A stretch of 64,000 bases of DNA from Octopus vulgaris. Lineage: Eukaryota. The notes beneath the pieces were generated by a model. It saw only the letters and a list, made by a program, of their open reading frames with translations, was not told where the DNA came from and did no database searches. The translations under genes and the position numbers were made by a program. Position 1 is the stretch's first letter. Each line of letters opens with the position of its first letter. Shown here one piece after another: positions 53,609 to 64,000 of the stretch. Location of the stretch: NCBI GenBank assembly GCA_951406725.2, contig OX597839.1:26536001-26600000 (forward strand). The letters are read 5' to 3'.

Positions 53609-54187
53609 CTGGATCGTGAGTACAACACTAATCGAACTATACACACACTGATAAGCTTTCTGTAGTTTCTATCAATCAAATTCATTCACAAGGCAGCAAT
53701 CAGCTGAGGGTTATAGCAGAAATAACAACAGCAAGGTACTGTATAGTAGGACTGAACATGAAACCCTGTGAATTAGAAGAGAAATCCTTAACCACACAAC
53801 TATGCCTGTAACTAGTATGTAACTGATTATTCCAAAAATTGTAAATATTTATTTATAAAGAATAGACACAAGCATGGCTGTGGTGATAAGAAGCTTGCTT
53901 CCCAACCACATGGTTCTAGGTTCATGGTTTTGCGTGAAGATTTTGACGACAAGATCTTATGTTTTTACAATGACATTGCAGGGCAAAAACGAGGGGCTAG
54001 ATCTGGCCAGTTTGAAAATAAAACAGGCGTAGGAGTGGCTGTGTGGTAAGTAGCTTGCTAACCAACCACATGGTTCCGGGTTCAGTCCCACTGCGTGGCA
54101 TCTTGGGCAAGTGTCTTCTGCTATAGCCCCGGGCTGACCAATGCCTTGTGAGTGGATTTGGTAGACGGAAACTGAAAGAAGCCTGTC

Positions 54188-54241
<54 letters not shown>

Positions 54242-56117
54242 AACCCTAGCCGTCCAACCCATGCTAGCATGGAAAACGGACGCTAAACGATGATGATGAT
54301 GATGATGATGATGATATGTGTGTGTGTGTTTGTGTTTGTCCCCCTAGCATTGCTTGACAACCGATGCTGGTGTGTTTACGTCCCCGTCACTTAGCGGTTC
54401 GGCTAAAGAGACAGATAGAATAAGTACTGGGCTTACAAAGAATAAGTCCCGGGGTCGATTTGCTCGACTAAAGGCGGTGCTCCAGCATGGCCGCAGTCAA
54501 CTGACTGAAACAAGTAAAAGAGTAAAGAGTAAAGAGAGAATATTTGGGCCAGATATGGCCAGTTTAAATGCTAAAGGGTGAAAGAGATTTAAATAAAAAT
54601 ATTAGATTAAAATTTCTTTCATTAAATTCTTCATTATTTTCAAAACAAAGAGAACGTGCAAACGGAAACATAGTAACAAAAGGGTTAAAATGATGGTTTG
54701 TCACAGAGGAGATGACAACCATAGTTTTTGATTAACGTAAAAAAAAAAAAAAGAAAAAAAAAATTAAATACATTTGCATAAATAAATGAAGGTTTTCAGA
54801 TGTCAGTAAACAGTATTTAAATTTGTCAACATTAGGAAAGAAGAATTTTGTTCCATTTTAAACAGGTTTTGCACCTGTGCATTGTCATTTTAATTAATAT
54901 GGGTCAAAGAGCTCTGCAAATTTGACCATTTATAAGTATTAGTAGAACAGGTGAGTCCATTGTACAAAGCAAGACTTGTTTACTGTTTCAACGTGTAATG
55001 TTTTGACCTGGGAAATATACATATATACATACATCCTTACATTATCATCATCGAGTTTATGTCCACTTTCCCATGTTTGTATGAGTTGAACAGAATTTGG
55101 TTATGCAAATTTTCTATGGCCAAAAGTCCTTCCTGTCACCGTTTCTCACCTATTTCCAAGCAAGGTAATATCCACAATACTCCCAAGTCCGGACATGGTT
55201 TTTATGGAAGGTTGCAAACGAATAACACCAACTTCATGACGGACTATTGCACAATGTCCAGGCAAGAAGAGATACATACATATATTACGTGCACTCCGGA
55301 CAAGGCTGGCCCTTTGAAATACAGGTACAACAGAAACAGGAAGAAAGAGTGAGAGAAAGTTGTGGTGAAAGAGTACAGCAGGCCTCTGTTGCAGAAATGC
55401 TAAGTTACAAGGATGTAAACAAACCAAGACTGGTTGTTAAGCAGTATAGGGGTGGTGCAAACACAAAACACACACATCATCATCATCATACAGGGTGCGA
55501 TGGGTAAGTTGCCGCCATTTTTTACTTTTCCTTTCGTGCATGTGCATTGATTTTTTTTTTGTTTTTTTCAAATTCACAGTATAGTAGGGTCGGTTGGGCA
55601 CTGTCTGTGAGAAAAACAGTACCATGACGCAATTCACTCTGCCAGAAATTTGAAAATGACACGCTGTACTGCTTGGTATTCACAATGGAAGCTCCAATAC
55701 GAACATTTCACAGTGTTTGGGTGTCAATGTGTGTGTGTGTGTGTGTGTGTACATGTGGGCATGTGTATATGCGTGTAGATTCCACACAGTTTTCATCTAC
55801 CAAATTCATTCACAAGACATTTACTGGCCTGGGGCTAGAGTAGTAGATATTTGCCTGAGGTGCTGTGCAACAGGATTAAACCTGAAACCACGTGGTTGCA
55901 AAATGAGCTTCTCAACCACGCAGCTATGCCATACGCATAATATGCGATGGCAAAATAAATGCTTTGAATGAAATATGGTTAGAAATATAAAAGGCTTCTA
56001 AATGCCAAGACAAGCACACATGTAGGAATTTAATACCTGAAAATGACTGCGGATAACTATATGAACAGAAATGTTTTGTTGATATAAAAAGAAAATGTAA
56101 AAAATGGGGTTAACAAC

Positions 56118-56278
56118 CTCTTGAATTCATGTTCATCTAATAATGCAAGTGGAAGCTGAGAAATATAATCTAAATGGCTTTCTTCTGGTACTGATAAATC
56201 TAAGGTTTCACTATTGCACGAAACAGAGGGTGGGTGAGGGCGGCAATGAGCATCAAACAGTGATGTATGAACTGGCAT
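56118..56278 (-). CDS. Candidate alternative first coding exon (MPVHTSLFDAHCRPHPP...DEHEFK + phase-2 AG)
   Basis: Non-repetitive ORF from ATG: 53 codons plus AG before a weak donor AG|gttgtt; in frame with the 32330 exon. Confidence 0.45.
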
Positions 56279-56449
56279 CAGAGCAAATGTGATTTGTGCT
56301 ATGTATAGGTTATGGATGGATTTCAGAGCAAAAGAGGGGGAAATTTTTTTGAAATAAATTTGAAAATATTTAAATCAGATTGAATTAAAAAAAAATTTTT
56401 TTTTTTTAGTTTCAGTGATTGGAATGTGGCCATGCTTCCAAGCGTTTAA

Positions 56450-56990
56450 CCCTTTTGTTACCAACCCGGCTGAAACCGCTTCTGGGTCTGTAGTACAAAT
56501 GTCTGGTTTTCAAAAGTTTTGAATAAAAATCTTCCCACAAACCATAATCCCAATTTATGTTCCTGATAATAGATTAATTATAACGAAGTTATTTTACTAA
56601 ATTCTTTGTTATATTTAAAGTTAATTGAAAAAAACTCAGAGTATCTCAACAGAAATATGGTAACGAAAGAGTTAAAGACAGTCAAATGTATCTTCAATTT
56701 GCACAAGATTTGGCTGCTATTTCTAACAAGTCAAAAAACTATGTGGAACAAAATCTACAAATTAACCATTTTCATACCAACCAACCTGGCTGAAACTGGC
56801 TCTGGCTCTGTAGTACAAATGTCTTGTTTCCATAAGTTTTAAATTGAAATCTTCCACCAAACCTTAGTCACAATTTATGTTCCTAATACAAGCTGAATGA
56901 TAACTAAGTTACTTTACTAAATTCTTTGTTATATTTAAAGTAATTGAAAGAAACATAGAACATCTCAAAATAAATACAGTAACGAAAGGG
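56450..56990. mobile_element. Two piggyBac-like MITE family B copies (56450-56671 and 56766-56990)
   Basis: Both bounded by TTAA and similar to 33897-34117. Confidence 0.75.
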
Positions 56991-57253
56991 TTAATAGATC
57001 AGATAAACTTTAGTGCTTCTTTTATAGTTAATGAATGGTTACATTGCAATTTTTGATGTTCTACTTGTTTTGTAAAAACACCAGCCGTGTTGTATCAAAC
57101 ATAGATACACATATGGTGGGCTTCCACGCGGTTTAAATTCTACAGGATCCTACTCTCAGGGTGTATACAGTTCCACCCAAGGTGAGAGGAGAAGACATTT
57201 GCTCAAGGTGCCTTGCAGTGGGATTGAACCCAAATCAATGCAGGTATGAAGTG

Positions 57254-57332
<79 letters not shown>

Positions 57333-58033
57333 TATATAGGCATAGGTGTGGCTGTGTGGTAAGAAGCTTGCTTCTCAACCACATGGTTCTGGGTTCAGTC
57401 CTACTGCATGGCACACTGGGCAAATGTCTTTTACTATAGTTTCAGGTTGAGTGGATGTGGTAAATGGAAACTGAAAGAAACCTGTCGTATGTAGTGTGTG
57501 TGTGTTTGTTCATTTCCATCTGCGTTTGTCCCCCCACCCACTTTTTGACAATGGGTGCTGGTTTGTTTACATCCCCATAACTTAGCAGTTTGGCAAAAGA
57601 CACTGACAGAATTAGTACCAGGTTTAAAGAAAGTAACAGGGCCAATTCTTTTGACTAAAATCCTTCAACAAATTCCACCTGACCCATGCAAAGATGGAAA
57701 AAAGGACGTTAGATGATGGCTCTACGCCCAGTTCCAAGTGCCTCCACCTACCAACATCTCAAATACTCTGCAGAACAGTTACAACAGGCAGTGCACAACA
57801 AATATGCTGGTGGCCACCTCCACTGAACAATAATGAATTTGTAATCCTTCATTGGTGCTATGCACAATCAAGTGCAGAACAAAGTAATTAAGCTGCTTCT
57901 AACCCAACTACCTTGACAACAGAACTCGTAGGAGCAGACAGAGAATAATTTAGTGGTGATACATCAAACTAGTTTCAGCTTAGCAAATAGGCCAGGGAGC
58001 TGCTGTAGTGCAATCGTCAACTGAACTTCTTAC

Positions 58034-58068
58034 CTGACTGAGAAGTCTTCTGAGTATGTTATTTCCAT
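58034..58068 (-). CDS. Candidate alternative first coding exon (MEITYSEDFSV + phase-2 AG)
   Basis: Strong donor CAG|gtaaga; 11 codons plus AG; in frame with the 32330 exon. Confidence 0.45.
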
Positions 58069-60604
58069 TGTACAGGTGATTAACAGGTGTAGTAAAATGC
58101 AATGTATAGGTGTTTCAGGTATATAGCCTGTTCGGTGGTTTGTTACGTCACACAGTCTTGTCTTGATTGAACCATTATAGAGGTCAGCTCCATCACAGAC
58201 ATGCTGTCTTTTACTTGTTTCAGTCATGGGACTGTGGCCATGCTGGGGCACCGCCTTGAAGAGTTTTTAAGTCAAATGTATCAACCCCAGCACTTATTCT
58301 TTTTTTAAAAAGCCTCCTACTTATTCTAATGGCCTCTGTTGCTGAAATGCTAAGTTACAAGGATGTAAACAAACCAAGACTGGTTGTTAAACAGTATGGG
58401 GGGGGGGGGTGCAAACACAAAACACACATCATCATCATCATTTTAATGTCCATGTTACATGCTGGTACGGTCTCTGTGGCTGGATGCCCTTCCTAACTTC
58501 AACCACTTTGTATGTACTGGGGGATTTTTTCCATGTCACCAGCACTACTAAGGCTGCCATGTAGCTGGCAAGACTACAAACTCCGAGGAAGGAACTGGGT
58601 AGCTTTATGGTAGGAGACATAGGGCTCAAATATGAAAGGAAACACACACAAAAGGCTTCTATACAATTTGTATTAATCAAATTCACTCAGAAGGCACTGG
58701 TCAGCCCATGGTTATAGAGGAAGACATTTGTCCAAAGTTCCTTGTAGTGGAATTGAACTTGTAGCCATGTGGTTGAGAAGCAAGTGTCTTAATCACACAG
58801 CCATGCCTGTGTTTGTATCTGAAATCTAAATTCTAAATAGATTTAAAATAAGAATTTCAAAGAAATTAAATTACAGGTGTGGCTGTGTGGTAAGAAGCTT
58901 GTTTCTTGAGCACCTGGTTCTGGGTTCAGTTTCACTGTACGGCACCTTGGGGCAAAGGTCATCTACTGTAGCCCCCCCCGGCTGACTACAGCCTTGTGGG
59001 TGGAGTTAGTAGACAGAAACTGAAAAAAGGAGATGAGCTGGTTGAAACATTAGCACGCCTGGTGAAATGCTTAGCAGTATTTTGTCTGCCGCTACGTTCT
59101 GAGTTCAAATTCCGCCGAGGTCGACTTTGCCTTTCATCCTTTTGGGGTCGATTAAATAAGTACCAGTTACGCACTGGGATTGATATAATTGACTAAATCC
59201 ATTTGTCTGTCTTTGTTTGTCCCCTCTGTATGTAGCCCCTTGTGAACAGTAAAGAAATAAGGAACTGAAAGAAGCCCATCATGCGTGCATGTGTGTTTGT
59301 CCCCTACCACAGCTTGACAACTAGGGATGGTGTGTTTACATCTCCATAACTTAGAGATTCAGCAAAATGAGATTAATAGAATAAGTATCAAGCTTTAAAA
59401 AAGAAGTATTGGGGTTGATTTGTTTGACTAAATAAAAATTCATCAAGGTAGTGCCCCAGCATGACCACAGTCTAATGACTGAAAGAAGTAAAAGATAAAT
59501 CATCATCATCATATTGGAGGAAACCAAATGAATGATGGTGAATACAAAGAATGGAAAAGAAAGAGAAGAATTTGTCGCAGAGCAGTTCTGCCGTCCTTTA
59601 AAAATTCTATCTTCCAAACGAAGAAAGGAAATTGCAAAAACGATGATATCTGAACCATGTGAACGAACCTCACTAGTGTAGCAGTATCAATGAATGATTA
59701 CTAGCAAAGTGTTTGCGTAACTGATACTGTCAATGGCACGAAAAAGAAAGAAAAGAAAAAAAGGACTTGTTCTAAATTCCGTTTCAACACATTTTATAAA
59801 AACAAACATATATATTTTATCCTTTTATACCTCGTTAGCGTCTGTTGTTATTTTAGATTTTTCTATTTCCAGCCGAGGTTATTTCATTAAGCGTTTATCT
59901 GCCTCACCAACCTCTGTTTCTATTAGCCGGGTTCCCTGTCCACTTCGCATTTCAAAATTTAATCAAGTTAACTGCAGTGCAAGGGATTTGCTTGACTTTC
60001 TTCTAGATTATAAGCTTTCGGATGTTCGCTTCGTTGGTTCTTATCACTACAATTTCATTCCAATTCTGCTTTGCCTTTCGCAAATAGCACATATATATGT
60101 GTGTGTGAATGTGGTGTGCATTCAATACATAGCCTCATTAAATGCACAGAAAGTCTGTCGTAATTGAGTTGGTGAAACAGATCGTTTCCTCATACCGAAA
60201 GGTCTTGCAAGCTTGACATCACTTGACCACACACAGACACACACGTATGAGCGAGGTATTGTATAGAATGTATAATATCTCTGACTTGTTTCTGCTGGCC
60301 GGAATATATACATGTATACACATGCACACACCTGCACTACAGTGGATGGCCTAATTTGCTTAAACAGCAGCTAACTAGTCTATACTATTGATTGAGAAAG
60401 GAAAATAGGTACATCTTCTTTGAGGAGCAGTCAACAAACTGCAAAGTGCTCTGCATATCATAACCTAGTAACACGGCTAAGTAGTGATCGACTAACCACT
60501 CTACTGGAAGCCAACTGAATAACAATAATCTATGTGGAGCTCTAACTCATACAGAAGTAGATATATATCTAACTGTACATATCTCAGCTCAAATAAAACT
60601 TTAT

Positions 60605-60925
60605 GGCACGTAAATCGTGCCTGTGGCACGTAAAAAGCACCATCCGATTGTGGCCGTTGCCAGCCTCGCCTGGCCCCCGTGCCTGTGGCACGTAAAAAGC
60701 ACCATCCAATCGTGGCCATTTGGCAGCCTCGTCTGGCACCTGTGCTGGTGGCACGTAAAAAGCACCCACTACACTCACGGAGTGGTTGGCGTTAGGAAGG
60801 GCATCCAGCCGTAGAAACATTACCAGATCAGACTGGGCCTGGTGCAGCCTTCTGGCTTCCCAGACCCCAGTTGAACCGTCCAACCTATGCTAGCATGGAA
60901 AGCGGACCCTAAACGAAGATGATGT
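60605..60925 (+). mobile_element. SINE-like repeat with internal tandem subunits and an RTE-type (GAT)n tail
   Basis: GTGGCACGTAAAAAGCACC subrepeats, then GGTTGGCGTTAGGAAGGGCATCCAGC...CATGGAAAGCGGAC...GATGAT. Other copies at ~5836-6110, 6580-6830, 30352-30590, 30873-31040. Confidence 0.75.
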
Positions 60926-62012
60926 ACACAAGCAATTTTATATACATATATACAGACACATTAAAGGGTAAAGACCCCCTTTGGTCATGAAGGGCCTGGG
61001 ATTGCACTTAGAAAGTTACCTTCCAAGGCACAAGTTCAGGCAAGGTTGTTTAGTAGAAGACCAGCAGTCGTCCATGCATGCTCGCCTCCCCTCTCCGCAC
61101 CAAAGGAAAGGCAAAGGGGCCGATACAGCTTGGCACCAGTGATGTCCCAACTCATTTCTACAGCTCAAGAACACAACACAAAACCTGATGAGGGAATCAA
61201 ACTCACCACCTCATGATTGTAAGCCTGACATTCTAACCACTGAGCCATGTGCTTTCACATATAGTTATAATATGAGGGGTTTAGTTCACTGGTGATCTAA
61301 ATCAATAGGTACACTGAGTAAGGGCTATAATTGGTCATCCATTAGGTTCCAAGTTCACAGCTGAGGCAGGAGCTAGGGATCCGTATTAGGCTTTGGTATT
61401 AGCAGGTATATATTATATTAGAGGAAAAAGGACAACAGCCTTGGTTTTTCTTGACCTTTCCCTCTAATATATATATTTAAAGACCCCTTTGGTCATGAAT
61501 AACAATGAGATTACACCTAGAAAGTTACTCTCCAAGACACAAGTTTGGGCAGGGTTGCTTATGGAAGACCAGCAGTCGCCACTGCATACCAACCTCCCCT
61601 CTCCACGCCACCAATGTTATCCAAGAGAAAGGCAAAGGCCGATACAGCTAGGAACCAGTGATGTTACAACTCCTTTCTACAGCTGAGTGATAAAGTGCCT
61701 TGCTCAAGAACACAACACAGAGCCCAGTCCAGGAATTAAACTCACTATATCATGATTGTGAGCCCGATGCTCTAACCACTGAGCCATGTGCCTTCACTTA
61801 CAGACAAAAGTATTGATGAAAAGAGCACAGTAAATTTGCTGTGGCAAGTGGAAAATCTGTTTCAGACAGATTCCTTTTAACTTTTCCTCGAAGGACTCCC
61901 CAACATGTTGGATTTTCCACTTCCCAAAATAAGTTTATACTTTTCATCGATTAAGTCTTGCCAACATAGAACCAACACCAGCCTCTTTGGAGTCTTTTTG
62001 ATCATAACACAC

Positions 62013-62060
<48 letters not shown>

Positions 62061-62416
62061 GAAGAAGAATAGAGAACCAAGTGAACCAACTAAAATCACA
62101 TAAATGCTACATCAAAAGAGATTAGGACACTTATTGAGTAGAAACACGTGTCGGCTTAGAATTTAATGCGAATTTAATGAGGATAATATTGTGATAAACA
62201 AATTTTGAAGATATGAAAATTCTCCATTCTTCTTTTATGATGTCTTCATTCTACACTCTGTATTCTGCAGAAGTCAACTCAGCATCAATCCAGTTAAGTA
62301 CCATGTAACTGTCAATTCTGTATTTTCTCTATCATTCAATGTGGTTAGCGAAATCTGGATTATATCAGAGTTCTAATAAAGGTACCAGCCTAGATTCCAA
62401 ATCCCCATTCCTTTAA

Positions 62417-62635
62417 CCCTTTAGTGTTCAGATTATTCAATCAAACATAATGCCTATTGATTCCCATTGATTTAAATTAATCATGCATTATCTCATATCT
62501 TCAAGATCTTGATGGTGTAATTACTTAATGTAAAATAACATTGTAGGGTAGGTGTGAGAGCCTGGATCTGGTCAGTTTGAACATAAAACAGATTAAATAT
62601 TTTGGCCGGATATGGCCGGTTTAAATACTAAAGGG
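62417..62635. mobile_element. piggyBac-like MITE, family A
   Basis: TTAA|CCCTTTAGT...ACTAAAGGG|TTAA. Confidence 0.8.
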
Positions 62636-63106
62636 TTAAGCTATAATTATACAAAGGGATGCTGAGAGTTCAAGGCTTTAAGGGTATTTCAAAAGGCCTG
62701 GTTGGAGGCCCAACCTTCTGAGGTCTTTTACAGGGCTTAGAAAAACTGAAGGATCCCTAAGAGCAGGATATGCTGAATAAGATCATAATTAACTGATCCT
62801 CTTGTATTTTCTTTTGCCTAAAACCAGGAACTTTTCAGCACCCCCCTCATACATATATCATGGAGAAGAATGGAAAATCAACTCCACTCTGTGGGATGGT
62901 TGGTGTTAGGAAGGGCACCCAGCCGTAAAAGCTGTGCCCAAAACTGATACAGAAGCTTGGTGTAGTCTTCTGCTTGGCTGGCTCCTGTCAAACCGTCCAA
63001 CCCATGCCAATATGGAAGGCAGATGTTAAACAAACAATGAACAATATATGAATATATTTTAAGAAATTGGAATAACAAAGGAAATAATTATGTTATGCAC
63101 TTCATT

Positions 63107-63187
63107 AGCTTACAGCTGTTTCTGCTACAAGGTGAAATGCACTCAGAGCTGAGTACTTGAGTACCAAACTATTGCTTCATTGGAGCT
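63107..63187 (-). ncRNA. Degenerate hammerhead motif
   Basis: agct-CCAATGA-agc...gca-GAAA-cagctg-TA-agct; two core deviations. Confidence 0.35.
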
Positions 63188-64000
63188 TCAAAGTTAACTT
63201 GGGAAAGATTATGATGATTTACATCAAGTTCTAACACTAGATTAGTTAGTATCAAAATGCCTAAATTAGATATTAATATACATTCAATTACGAATTAAAA
63301 GTAGCGCTAGTGTTGGAAACATTATCAACTGCACATAATGTATGTATTTGGCTTGTTTGCCAGATCGCTGCGGTATAGCGCTTTGGGGATGGCTCCCTCA
63401 CAGCACCGGGTGTTAAAAGACCAGAAAGTCATAGAGAAACAAGACAAATCGCCTCCAATCCCATTCAGGGGTGATGGACACTGATATTTTACCATTTCTG
63501 TGGCTTATCAACATCATGTGCCTGAATTGAACAAGGGACAAACCAAACTGCCAGTCCATGATTACACACAAATAGTGTAAGAACCATTTTCTGTGGCGTC
63601 AGTGATGAATATGTAAGACTAAACTCACGGATGAATTAAAAACAGCACTGGTTTTGTGTATGCGTATAACACACATATACATACAGGAGTTAAGGAATGA
63701 AGTAGGTAAGATCAGGGCTAAATATGTTTCATAATGAGCGGAACCTCAGCAGTGGTACATATATAAGTGGGGTGTATACTGCAGGCAACTCGTCTTGTAT
63801 TCTTAATCGCATACCCGACAACCCTGGTTGCCTACAGTGAAATATGAATTTTTTCCAGCTTATTTGTACTTTGATACGAAAGAACTATAACTTTCCACCT
63901 CAATAAAACACTTTTGTTCCTGAAAGGTGTTTCTTATATTCACTACAGATTGCTTGAAGCTAACTTTCTTCCTACACCCTGATCCCTGGATCTTACGTTT

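Noticed and set aside
59733-60167. 144-aa plus-strand ORF
   Set aside because: No recognisable domain or splice support; more likely regulatory or UTR sequence.

Overview
AT-rich eukaryotic genomic DNA, most likely from an octopus or other coleoid cephalopod (judged from the SINE families and the (TA)n/(CA)n/(GA)n load). Nearly all ORFs in the supplied track are spurious read-throughs of SINEs or microsatellites. The window looks like the long 5' introns of one minus-strand gene. There is a clear Pro/Ser/Tyr-rich coding exon at 32168-32330, and three ATG-bearing upstream exon candidates (37191, 56118, 58034) all end in phase-2 AG and join it in frame. Repeats include at least four SINE families, two CR1-like LINE 3' ends, an RTE-like fragment, a Dong/R4-like element inside (TAA)n, a Helitron, and piggyBac-, hAT- and Merlin/MULE-like MITEs. 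The most notable signals are dispersed type-I hammerhead ribozyme motifs (one apparently intact and sense to the pre-mRNA at 19041-19126), candidate recursive splice sites, a 210-bp near-perfect inverted repeat, and a 3' stem-loop shared by a LINE and a SINE. All calls were read by eye; no searches or folding programs were run.
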